Shown here in pieces: positions 10,833 through 21,035 of a stretch of DNA of 64,000 nt. The stretch spans positions 453 to 64,452 of the forward strand of contig LSSI01000089.1 of the NCBI GenBank assembly GCA_001595945.1, read 5' to 3'. The stretch is from Thermoplasmatales archaeon SM1-50 (GTDB lineage: Archaea > Thermoplasmatota > E2 > DHVEG-1). Each line of letters opens with the position of its first letter. The stretch's first letter is position 1. Below the pieces are notes generated by a model. The model ran no database searches. It was not told where the DNA came from and saw only the letters and a program-made list of their open reading frames with translations. A program made the position numbers and the translations under genes.

Positions 10833-11153
10833 ATGAACGTAGGAAGGACTGTTTGTTACTTTGGTTTTTTTTATTTAATGGGATGGGATGTGGGAAGAGA
10901 AGAGGAGAAATGACGCAGCTTAGTGTGTTGTGTAAAGGTGGTAAGCTCCCCCAGGCGGATGTTTGGATGGGTATGTATTGCCATAGGTTTCTTAGAGGAG
11001 AGTTCATGTTTTTATCCCTTCACCACTTTGCCATGCATTTCTGCCTAGCGATACCAGAATAATTTTTTTAGTATATATAATTTTCTTTTTATGCATAGCA
11101 AAACTGATTAGCAAAAACGAAATCCATAAAAAGCAAGGAACCATTCGACAGTC

Positions 11154-12086
11154 GTGGAAAACTACCAAGAAGAACTAGCAGAAATAAAAACCATTCTAAA
11201 GAATAATCCTAAGGGAATGACGGTAACGGATATCGCAAGACAAATGCACATCAATAGAAACTCAGTAGCAAAATATCTTGATATCCTGCTTATCTCAGGC
11301 CATACAGAAATGGTCACCTTCGGACCAGCAAAAGTATTTTTTCCTTCCTCTAGAATCCCTCTTGCAACACTTATGGATTTTACTCATGAATATATTGTGA
11401 TACTAGATAAACAATTAAAATTTTTACAGGTTAGCGAACCCCTCTTGCAATTCCTAGAGATACAACGCACCGAAATCATAGGGCGACCTATCGAGACCTT
11501 TTCTGTCTCTTTTTTTCAAATCCCTGAGCTAGCACATTATGCGAAGCAGGCACTTAGCGGAAAGGAGCGTACCATAGAAGAAAAATATAGACAAAACACT
11601 CATGACATCTACCTTAAAATAAGACATATCCCCACAACCTTCGACGATGGAGAGCCAGGGGTTATCCTTCTCATAGAAGATATCACAGATATAAAACAGA
11701 CTGAAGAAAAAATAAAACATGGAATCCAAGAATGGGAAACAACATTTAACGCAATAACAGAGATGGTATTCATTCAAGATAATAATTTTTCCATTCTGAA
11801 AGCGAATCGTTCTTTTGCCAATTTCCTTAATATAAAACCGGAAGAATGCATCGGGAAAAAATGCTATCAACTTTTGCATGGAACCCATACATCCTCTGAG
11901 TCCTGTCCTTGTGCAAGTATCCTTCAAACAAAAAAACCAACAACAGTTGAGGTCTTCGCATCCCATCTGCAGAAATATTTAGAAATATCGGCATCACCGA
12001 TTATTACTGATACTGGGGAGATGTCTGGCTCTGTTCATATTATAAGAGATATTACCGATAGGAAAATCTTTATAGCACAGCCGTAA
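11154..12086 (+). CDS. HTH-PAS-PAS one-component regulator
   Basis: N-terminal HTH (GMTVTDIARQMHINRNSVAKYLDIL), two PAS/PAC domains each ending EDITD/RDITD, no kinase domain. Confidence 0.85.
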   Translation: MENYQEELAEIKTILKNNPKGMTVTDIARQMHINRNSVAKYLDILLISGHTEMVTFGPAKVFFPSSRIPLATLMDFTHEYIVILDKQLKFLQVSEPLLQFLEIQRTEIIGRPIETFSVSFFQIPELAHYAKQALSGKERTIEEKYRQNTHDIYLKIRHIPTTFDDGEPGVILLIEDITDIKQTEEKIKHGIQEWETTFNAITEMVFIQDNNFSILKANRSFANFLNIKPEECIGKKCYQLLHGTHTSSESCPCASILQTKKPTTVEVFASHLQKYLEISASPIITDTGEMSGSVHIIRDITDRKIFIAQP

Positions 12087-12300
12087 ATCCCTCCTTACGT
12101 ATTTTATCATAAGTTCCTCTTAGAATTTCTCAGATCGAAATCAAGTTGAAAATATGAACAGCGATTTTTTTTTAATAAATCTAAAATTTGATCAATTTCT
12201 CTTCTTGTTTATAAACATGCTATAGTGACTCGTGCATATCTTTTTATATTCATCTTCAATTTATAATCATGAAGATAATCCAAATAGGGGATAAAAGACA

Positions 12301-14802
12301 ATGAAGAAGGAAACAGTAATCGTTATTATTGGCATATTACTCTTGGCGAGTTTGTTACCAATAAGCAAGGCAGATGTTCTTCCAGATCAATACATTGAAC
12401 AAAATAATGTAACTACATATAAATACCTAAGTGAAAATGAACTGATCATAACCTTTCACTTACCGGAGTTACTTCAACAACAGGTCATCACAGAGATTGG
12501 AGAGTTTACTACACTAGAGATACCCAATGCTGGATTTATTGGGAAAATTGGAACCCCACAATTACCTGCAGTGACACAATTCATTGCGATACCAACGTTT
12601 CAACTCTCGGTTCAAACCCTAGATGTTCATCTCATGGAAACCCGTCACATTGACCGGATCTATCCAATGCAAGGACCAGATCCTGATTGCGACTGTGGAG
12701 AAGACCCTGTATTTTACTTTGATGAATCAGCCTATCAAACAGACGTTACCTCACCTGAGAATCTCGTTGAACTATCAGACACTGGGAAGTTAAGAGATAT
12801 CCCGTTCATTAAAATCAGGTTTTATCCTATCCAATATAACCCGTTTCAAAAAACCGCCTTCATTTATGATTTTATCACAATTAAACTGACATTTGCTTCT
12901 CACGAGCCACTCAATGTCGAACCTAATTATTCAGAAAAACCATTTTATGAGTTATATAAAAACATATTTGACAACTGGCAGGGGTTCATCGAATATACTG
13001 TCTTCCAACAACCCGCCTCGACCTTAGAGAATGGATGTGACTATCTACTCATCACCCATCAGAATTATTATGATCAAGCAAAACAACTTGCTGATTGGAA
13101 ACATACGACTGGTCTGATGGCAAAAACAATAAACGTATCAGAGATTGGCACAACGTTTACCCAGATTCAGCAATATATTAAAAATGCATATGAAACATGG
13201 ACCCCCCGTCCTTCATATGTCCTTCTCTTTGGTGATGCAGAATTTATACCAGCCACATATGTGTATTATACATATACGGATCTCTGGTACGCCACTGTAA
13301 ATGGAACTGATTAGTACCCTGATCTGTTTATTGGAAGAATACCTGCGGATACTACCGACCAAGCAGAGATAATGGTCCAAAAAATATTAACCTATGAACA
13401 GTCCCCTCCCACAGTATCTAGTTTTTATAACAATTTTGTTGTTGCTGCCTACTTCCAAGATGATAACAATGATCATTATGAGGATAGACGGTTCGTCCGC
13501 ACCTCTGAGGAAGTCAGAGATTATCTCAATTCGATAGGATATAACGGCCAAAGAATTTATTGTACTTCTCCTAGTATCAATCCAACAAATTATAACAATG
13601 GGTATTATGGACAGGGTGAACCGTTACCCGCTGAGCTTCTACGACCGACCTTTGCTTGGGATGGAGATGCTAATGATATCATCACCGCAATTAACCAGGG
13701 GATTTTCATATTAAATCACCGAGACCATGGTATGGAATCAGGATGGGGTGATCCCTATTTCACAACCTCTCATTTTACCAGCTTAACGAACGGAGATCTT
13801 CTACCTGTTGTATTTAGCCTTAATTGTTTAACAGGAAAGTTTACACCAGGCGAGTGTTTCGCTGAAGAATTTATCAGAAAATCCAATGGCGGAGCTGTCG
13901 CTGTCGTTGCTGCATCTGCGACCAGTTACAGCGGTTATAACGATTATCTCTGCAGAGGTCTATATGATGCGATATGGCCTGATTTTGACACGGGCGTCGG
14001 TACAGACGAGTCTTTGTATCATCTCGGTGCAATATTAAATTACGGAAAAGCCTATATGGCAGACACCTGGGGGGATCCATGGGGTTACGAACGCCTCACT
14101 TTTGAATTGTTCCATGTTTTCGGCGACCCAGCATTAGATATCTATACATCCCTCCCAGAAACGCTGGAGGTGAATTATACCTATTCTTCCAACCTGCTTC
14201 AAGTCACCGTACAAGGAAACGGGGTCCCAATCCATGGAGCTCGTGTTTGTATCAGCCAAGAAAGCGGCTATTATGAAGCAGCACTAACCGATACAGGCGG
14301 GCAAATCGAATTCGATATAACCGAGGCATCAACGATAGAACCGATGTCACTTGTTGTAACAGCCCATAATTATCTATACTATTCTGAGAGTTTCATGTTG
14401 AATCAAAAACCACAAAAACCAAACCGACCAGATGGTTCTACCGAGGGAAAACCGAACGTCGAATATATGTATAAAACATCAACTACTGATGTCGACGGTG
14501 ATCAACTCTATTTTAACTTTTCATGGGGCGACGGGTCATATAGTGGTTGGATAGGACCCTTTGATTCTGGTGTTGAGGCTGTCGCACGACACGCATGGAC
14601 TGAAAAAGGTACATATAACATTACAGTAAAAGCAAAAGACTCAAAAGGTGATGAAAGCGAATGGTCTGATCCACTTCCAGTTACCATGCCCATGAAATTC
14701 ATTTATTCCCATCCGATTCTCCAATGGATTTACCAAAGGATGCTCAACCGTTATCCTTTTGTAGGATTTGTGCTGGGAAGACTCTTAGAGCCCGTCCCTT
14801 AA
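12301..14802 (+). pseudogene. Gingipain-like C25 peptidase (propeptide, catalytic domain, PKD-like domain) interrupted by one in-frame TAG at 13312-13314
   Basis: ORFs 12301..13314 and 13372..14802 share a frame. The junction reads YATVNGTD*YPDLFIGRIP. Catalytic NHRDHG and SLNC are intact. Confidence 0.85.
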
Positions 14803-14830
14803 TACAAACAAAGTGATGATCGACATCTGT

Positions 14831-15112
14831 TTACGGTAGTTTAATGATAGTCAGAAGCTTAAGTGTAACTAATACAATCAAGGTCAGAATTGAATTTGTT
14901 TTTAAATCAAAGACCTTTACCCATTCAAGTAAGGCGATGATGACATAGGATAGAATAAGTAGTAACACCAATTGGAGAGAAATCATACCAACGATCTCGG
15001 GAAGCGTTGGCTGCGTTTTATTTAAAATAAATTCCCATATGGTTGCAAAAAAGGCTAACAATCCTATTGTAATTTGTGCTTTTGTAATCTCTCGCATCGA
15101 TATTGTCAGCAC
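14831..15112 (-). CDS. Small hypothetical membrane protein
   Basis: 93 aa with about three hydrophobic segments, co-oriented with the upstream pcp gene. Confidence 0.6.
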   Translation of the reverse strand: MLTISMREITKAQITIGLLAFFATIWEFILNKTQPTLPEIVGMISLQLVLLLILSYVIIALLEWVKVFDLKTNSILTLIVLVTLKLLTIIKLP

Positions 15113-15133
15113 GTATTTCTTTATAAAGATTAT

Positions 15134-15844
15134 TCAAATGAGCTCTGTTCCCTTCCCTCTGTATCCGAGACTTATCTGAATTGCTATTTCCACGGCGTCG
15201 ACCATTGTCTCAAGTGGCATTCCTTTGGGATCTTGTGTCTGCAACAACGGAACACGGATAAAACCTATTGTTGTATTGATGTTCTGATTCTTGACATATC
15301 CTAATACTCCATAAAACAACGCATTGCAGACATACAAGCCAGCACAAAAACTCTGCTGTGTAGGAATATTTGCTTGCCGTATTTTCCAGACAATTACATT
15401 TGTACGAAGAGGCGAGATGCGAAAGAACGAGCCGTATTTCTCAATCCGCTGTGGGAATGACCAGGTTCCATCATCTTTTGGGGATCGTTTGAGATTGATA
15501 CCGATTTTTTCAACTGAAATTACCTTGGAACGTGCAGCAAGTCCAAGGCTTATTACTACATCTGGTTGATACTGTTCTATCGCCTCTATCGTATTCTTTA
15601 CAGATCTGTTGAAATCAACCGGTAAGATTAGTCCGATGATTTCTGCATTATATAGGAGCGACCCATTAAGCGTTTCAGCAATTAACTGAGATGGATTTGT
15701 CGAATACGAATCAAACGGTTCAAGCCCTGTTACAAGAACGACTTTTTCGCCAGAGGCATTGCACATTACAAAAGGAAGCACCAGCAGTACAAATCCAACG
15801 ATGCATATTCCTGTCAACAGTCTCATTATATTTTTATATAGCAT
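15134..15844 (-). CDS. pcp: Pyroglutamyl-peptidase I (C15) homolog with signal peptide; catalytic His replaced by Arg
   Basis: VLVTGLEPF, NPS, SLGLA, ISVEKIGIN, AGLYVCN; GFIRVP where GFIHVP is expected. Confidence 0.85.
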   Translation of the reverse strand: MLYKNIMRLLTGICIVGFVLLVLPFVMCNASGEKVVLVTGLEPFDSYSTNPSQLIAETLNGSLLYNAEIIGLILPVDFNRSVKNTIEAIEQYQPDVVISLGLAARSKVISVEKIGINLKRSPKDDGTWSFPQRIEKYGSFFRISPLRTNVIVWKIRQANIPTQQSFCAGLYVCNALFYGVLGYVKNQNINTTIGFIRVPLLQTQDPKGMPLETMVDAVEIAIQISLGYRGKGTELI

Positions 15845-15870
15845 TTTGCTATAAAACCATTCCTCTCTTA

Positions 15871-17169
15871 TTACGATTTATATGAAGTAGCATAGGAGAG
15901 CATAAAAATATCCATTTCATCATATGCCATTTTTCCTGATGTTGTATAGGCGTACACATTAAAAATATGCCTTCCGTTGATAGGATAAAACCATCCTTTT
16001 ATCGTCCATTCATAAGGTGGCTCTGAATCCCAAACCATGAAATATCCATCGATACAGAAGATTACGTATTTTATCGATTCTTCAGAGAAAACCTCAACAC
16101 TAGCAACCGTTCTTCCTCCAAGAATAATTGTCAAACCTCGTAACCCAGCAAAGTATTTTTTTCCAAAGGAACTTTCAAAAAAAACACGTTTAAAAAGATA
16201 CGTATATCCCTCATAGGGCTGCTGTATGATTACTTGAATATCAATTGGTTTTTGTACGATTTCGACTGTAATGGCAAGCATCAATTTGGTTGCCTTCACA
16301 TAATAGGACCAATTCAAACGGTCAGATGTATCATTAGGCGAATGACCCCAAGCATAACCATCCTGATGCGCAATCCACACACCATCATACCCGTAATCAA
16401 CAAAAGCCTGATTATCAGCACCGCGATACCCCGGCAGTATATCGACCTTCATGTCAATGAGATCATTGTATTTCTGACTAATCATAGATGCGTAATCCGC
16501 AATCCAGATGGATCGTTCTGGTGGGAAAAACCGCAGGATCCTTCCCCCTTCTGTTGTGCTTGCGTAACCGATCATGTCCATGTTAAGCACTGCAACGATG
16601 TTATCCCCGCGGTGCGATGCATCTCGTGCGTAGATAAAACTCCCATATGTTCCAACTTCCTCCCCTGAAAACGTGATGAACCGAATCGTATGATTAAACT
16701 CATAGTTACTAAGGACAGACGCAATTGCAAGAACCGCTGCTGTACCAGAACCATCATCATCTGCGCCAGGGGATCCTGCGACGGTATCATAATGACCACA
16801 TAGGATATATTCCGCTGTGTTATTCAGATCGGTCCCATAATGCGTCGCAACAACATTCTTACTCTGAAAACCTCCATAGCGCCATTCATGGAATTCGACT
16901 TCAAGCCCCATCTTTTGAAATGATGTATAGATATATTGTGCAGCAAGGGTACAATTGATTGACCCGGTATAGCGAGGTCCGAACCTCAACAATCCTTCAT
17001 GGTACTTGGATAACAATGTTTCATCGATATGGTTAATCATCTCGATGATCATGGTATCATCTCTGGATGACGATACTCCGTCTGATTTCAGGTCATGTGC
17101 TTGTGTAGGCAGAGTTGATAATGCAAGAAGAAGTGTAATTGTTATGAGAATAAATAGTACTTTTTCCAT
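15871..17169 (-). CDS. Secreted M28-family aminopeptidase with C-terminal Ig-like domain
   Basis: Signal peptide, GHYD, PGADDDGSG, FSGEE, NMDMIG, ADN, HSPND. Confidence 0.9.
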   Translation of the reverse strand: MEKVLFILITITLLLALSTLPTQAHDLKSDGVSSSRDDTMIIEMINHIDETLLSKYHEGLLRFGPRYTGSINCTLAAQYIYTSFQKMGLEVEFHEWRYGGFQSKNVVATHYGTDLNNTAEYILCGHYDTVAGSPGADDDGSGTAAVLAIASVLSNYEFNHTIRFITFSGEEVGTYGSFIYARDASHRGDNIVAVLNMDMIGYASTTEGGRILRFFPPERSIWIADYASMISQKYNDLIDMKVDILPGYRGADNQAFVDYGYDGVWIAHQDGYAWGHSPNDTSDRLNWSYYVKATKLMLAITVEIVQKPIDIQVIIQQPYEGYTYLFKRVFFESSFGKKYFAGLRGLTIILGGRTVASVEVFSEESIKYVIFCIDGYFMVWDSEPPYEWTIKGWFYPINGRHIFNVYAYTTSGKMAYDEMDIFMLSYATSYKS

Positions 17170-17249
17170 ACGAATCTTCCTTAATGAAATGATTTACTTT
17201 TATTATATAAATATTTCTAAATAAAATTTTTAAAGATAGAGAAAAAATA

Positions 17250-19133
17250 TTAGGAGGGATATCCTCCTATGTGAAGACTGGGGTCGCCGAGCAGCGCCCA
17301 TTGTTGTACAATCTTACAATCGGTTTGATCCTGCATTGGTGGATGCTCATGCATATAATAGATGATATCTTTCGCATGTGTTTCCCCAAGATTGACCTTA
17401 CCGTCCTTATACGCCTTGAAGAATAACCATTCCAAATGTCGTCCTCGTTGCGTTAACGTCTGCTCACCTGGTTCCCCGTATCCAAGGCCCGTATTTGCAA
17501 TAACAGCGATAGCACCACCTTTCTTATGACTTGCCATAGCCCATGCCCAGCAACGGGGAATCCATTCATAATACCAGAATTTCCCATAAGGTCGAGTTGA
17601 ATTAAAATAAGAGAGTCCGTCATCCAGTATCCCTTTGATTATGTTGAAAAGGCTAGTATTAAATTGAGAGTTATGACACCCGCCAACGATAACGATTGGT
17701 TGCTTGTCGCCATTGGTAAGCTTTTTCATCTGAAATGCATTCGGACCGTTTACCCACGATTCATTCATTGGAGGATGATTCGACCATACCAGGGGACTTC
17801 CATGACCAGAGAAATGAACAAACCCACAGCCTTTGCTAATCTCATCAATCACTGAATCAGCATTGATAAATCGATCATTGGATGTCCAAAGCATTGAGGC
17901 CTGAAACCCAAGACTTTCTATCTCTTGAAACGATGCGTTCGTCGCCATCTCACCTTCATAATAGGGATCATTGGAAGCTGGATAGGTATCACCAGCAACG
18001 CCAACAAAAGTCTTGAACCATTCAGATCCATTAGTCGAGGTTTCATAGGTAATGATTTTTTCCACCATAATTCTCACTTGGAGGACACTGGTGCAAGGGA
18101 GACGACCGACATATACCTCTGGGTACATATCAAGGACGTCCTTTCTTTGACTATTCCATTCAGCGAAAATACCATTATTATCTGAATCCCAACTAGAGAA
18201 GCTTCCGTTGCTATCGTATAGATCAGCAAAATACAGGTCAATGAGATACGAACCTTCTCCACCATCGTTGAGTTGCGAGTATCGGACCGGCACCCACCAT
18301 TTTTCCTGTTTAATACCACCGTTTCTTCCACCAACCAAAAGGACGTATTTGGTTTCCCATTGGTCAAAGGCGTTCTTGATAAAATATTTCATCTCCTCAG
18401 CGCAATCCCGACCTTGCACTGGGAAATAGGCGCTGTCACAGATCTCCTCATGTGTCACCAGTTTTGTTGTAAGCCCATGATTTATTTTATGAGTGACTAG
18501 CGGCTCTACCACTTGAGAGAATGCTTTTGGGGCGATAATAACAAGCTCGTATTGATCAAAGGTTGTGGTCTGTCGTGGTTCTGGGGTTTTGTACGATATC
18601 CTGACATGTGCATTTTGTGAATAACGAAGGATATTATCAGAAGGAAGATACTGAATTGGATACAAATGAATCGCTACAAAAGTAGTCAGTGAATCTCCGT
18701 CTCTTCCAGCCGCGATATGATAGCTAAAGGATCGCTCTGGGCAGATAGTGGAAGAGGCGGTTTGAGGAGATAGAATGAGTGGTTCTTTTAGGTTATCCGG
18801 AAGTGCTTGTGGAGTGACCTTAAGTGGTTTTACTATAGTGGTTTCTTGTTCCCCTGAAAAACGTACAGTAATTTTTGTTATTTTGGTTAAAAAAGGGAAT
18901 GTATACACACGGGTCACGACCGGTAAAACATAACTTCTTGGCGTTGTCAGATAGGAGGTTGCTTCGGGAAGATACACATTGGTATAATCTTGTTCCTCAG
19001 TTAATTGCACGGATGAGAATAAGAAGATGTCTTTTTTTTCCATATTGTTCTGGTCTGTAAATGAAAAGGCAACAGCCCCATATCCGCTCAAAATTACTAT
19101 CGCTACAATTACACCTGTTAGACTTTTCTTCAT
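17250..19133 (-). CDS. Secreted gingipain-like C25 cysteine peptidase
   Basis: Signal peptide, YVLLVGG, DLYFAD, VGRLP, HFSGHG, GGCHNS, terminal LLGDPSL. Confidence 0.9.
   Translation of the reverse strand: MKKSLTGVIVAIVILSGYGAVAFSFTDQNNMEKKDIFLFSSVQLTEEQDYTNVYLPEATSYLTTPRSYVLPVVTRVYTFPFLTKITKITVRFSGEQETTIVKPLKVTPQALPDNLKEPLILSPQTASSTICPERSFSYHIAAGRDGDSLTTFVAIHLYPIQYLPSDNILRYSQNAHVRISYKTPEPRQTTTFDQYELVIIAPKAFSQVVEPLVTHKINHGLTTKLVTHEEICDSAYFPVQGRDCAEEMKYFIKNAFDQWETKYVLLVGGRNGGIKQEKWWVPVRYSQLNDGGEGSYLIDLYFADLYDSNGSFSSWDSDNNGIFAEWNSQRKDVLDMYPEVYVGRLPCTSVLQVRIMVEKIITYETSTNGSEWFKTFVGVAGDTYPASNDPYYEGEMATNASFQEIESLGFQASMLWTSNDRFINADSVIDEISKGCGFVHFSGHGSPLVWSNHPPMNESWVNGPNAFQMKKLTNGDKQPIVIVGGCHNSQFNTSLFNIIKGILDDGLSYFNSTRPYGKFWYYEWIPRCWAWAMASHKKGGAIAVIANTGLGYGEPGEQTLTQRGRHLEWLFFKAYKDGKVNLGETHAKDIIYYMHEHPPMQDQTDCKIVQQWALLGDPSLHIGGYPS
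18151..18429. repeat. Two near-identical DNA patches shared with the C25 paralog at 24475..24759
   Basis: 18151-18215 vs 24475-24539 match at 63/65. 18356-18429 vs 24686-24759 match at 74/74. Confidence 0.9.
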
Positions 19134-19234
19134 AGAATATCCCCTATTTTATTAAAAATATAGTCCTTGTTGGATATTTAAACCTTTGTAAGCGAAAGCA
19201 GGTAAAATAATAAAAGAAATGAAAAAAAGAGGTG

Positions 19235-20908
19235 TTATGTTATATTTCTGATAAAGACGATTATGAGTTTAGCTGTTGCTGTTTTTGTCACGCTTGGAGG
19301 CACTGCTTCGGAGCAACTCGCAGTTGCATAAAGAGTGATTTTTCCAAAACCGAAGATAAACCCGTCGGTGGTTACATTGATTTCTTGATTAATGGCAAGC
19401 GTAGGAATAACCGCTGTTTTTGTTTTGTTTACCCGTTTAAGCAATCCACCAGTAACAGTGATGAGCACACTAACATTCGTAGCGTTTGCAGAACCTATGT
19501 TTTTCACAGGGATGGATACCTTTCCTATCCCAGCAGCAGTGAAACTACCTAGCTCTAGGGTTGGGATTCCTATAGAAACTCTATCAAGGTAGACGTCTGC
19601 ATTCCCATTACGCATGTCTGTCCAAACAACAGTGCCATCTGTTGTAATATCCGTGTTTCTGTATTCACTTTGAACTAACCCAGTTTCATCATTGATTTTC
19701 TCTGGTGTACTCCATGTTTCCCCGATATTTTCTGTCTTAGCGTAGTACAAGTCACCATCCATGATAAATGTGCAAATCGCTTTGTCACCAAAGGTGACTA
19801 TCTTCGGGTATAGTTCATCATTTAGCCCATCAGTAACAAAACTCTTAAACCACGTTACCCCTGCATCAGAGGAGTAATAACAGACAATATCTTGGGAGCC
19901 TGCTTCATCTGATTGAGCGACAATGATGACCTTATTGTCATGGACATCAACCGCCGGATATGTCGTGTTTTGAACATCAGTAATGAAACCCTGACTGATG
20001 TACCTTATTTTATCGCTGCCATCATTAGTTGCATTTCCACGAATGAGAAGGAGATCCCAGTCGTCTTCAATGGAGTTGTAATTGTCAAATACAGCGTAAA
20101 AAAGACCGTTGGTTTGATCGATTTCAATTGCAGCGTTTTCACAACCAGGGTACGCAGAAAAATAACTACTCCAATGATTTCCTTCTGTAACATAGTTAGC
20201 ATAGTTGAAAATCGGCATGTCAACTGATCCGGGAGATCCACGGGTTCCAACGCAGGCGACGATACCATACCACCAGGAGATCCCATTGCCATCGTAACCA
20301 CCGATATCAGGTATTCTTCGATCTGAATATGGATAAGATTGTGCCCAGTTAACACTTTTATACGAATATGTTTCAGTGTCGGTGATATCAGTGCAGTAGA
20401 ATACGTGGTAATTTGCCCCGTCGTTAATATAGGGGTCTCCCATCATAGTGCCGACGCACTTTTTTCCAGTCCCCCAGTAATCGATAGCAGGATGTGATTC
20501 CTTTCCTTCAATTAGAGGATATTGTCCAGCGTTCCAGGTTTGTCCTTTGTCAAGAGAATAGGACCATATTACATTGTTTTCAGAACTCTCTATTACTTTG
20601 GTGTACGAAACCAGTAACTCGCCTGTGGGGACTACGCCAATCGCAGGATTATTTTCCGTTTCCATTGCAGTCGTGACTTGTATATCAGTGTCTAATCTCC
20701 CGGTATTTTGTACATTATTGAAATGTATTGTTTTCTGTGTTGTACTTTCGTGGAGTTCGTCATGCAATGGGGTTGAATTTTTTTCAATAACTAGTACAGT
20801 TTTTTTTGATGAGTCCTGTATTGTTCCAAGAACATTTACTGTTGGTATGATCAGTAATAGACATAGTACAATAGCCCCAAGATATATTCCTTTTTTTCTT
20901 CCTTTCAT
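19235..20908 (-). CDS. Secreted BNR/Asp-box (sialidase-like) protein with C-terminal CARDB-like domain
   Basis: Signal peptide, Asp-box motifs SLDKGQTW, SSDAGVTW, TENIGETW; probable start MKGRKK. Confidence 0.7.
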   Translation of the reverse strand: MKGRKKGIYLGAIVLCLLLIIPTVNVLGTIQDSSKKTVLVIEKNSTPLHDELHESTTQKTIHFNNVQNTGRLDTDIQVTTAMETENNPAIGVVPTGELLVSYTKVIESSENNVIWSYSLDKGQTWNAGQYPLIEGKESHPAIDYWGTGKKCVGTMMGDPYINDGANYHVFYCTDITDTETYSYKSVNWAQSYPYSDRRIPDIGGYDGNGISWWYGIVACVGTRGSPGSVDMPIFNYANYVTEGNHWSSYFSAYPGCENAAIEIDQTNGLFYAVFDNYNSIEDDWDLLLIRGNATNDGSDKIRYISQGFITDVQNTTYPAVDVHDNKVIIVAQSDEAGSQDIVCYYSSDAGVTWFKSFVTDGLNDELYPKIVTFGDKAICTFIMDGDLYYAKTENIGETWSTPEKINDETGLVQSEYRNTDITTDGTVVWTDMRNGNADVYLDRVSIGIPTLELGSFTAAGIGKVSIPVKNIGSANATNVSVLITVTGGLLKRVNKTKTAVIPTLAINQEINVTTDGFIFGFGKITLYATASCSEAVPPSVTKTATAKLIIVFIRNIT

Positions 20909-21035
20909 AAAAATCCCTTTTATAATAAATAACAAGATGTTTATATATCTTATTACTCGATATTAATTTAAAATATCTCAAATTTTATTATTTTTTATAA
21001 GAATGTACAAAAAAAAAGAGGAAAAACAAGGGTTA

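Noticed and set aside
10808-11062. 84-aa plus-strand ORF
   Set aside because: Low-complexity G-rich sequence with no recognisable motif; likely spurious
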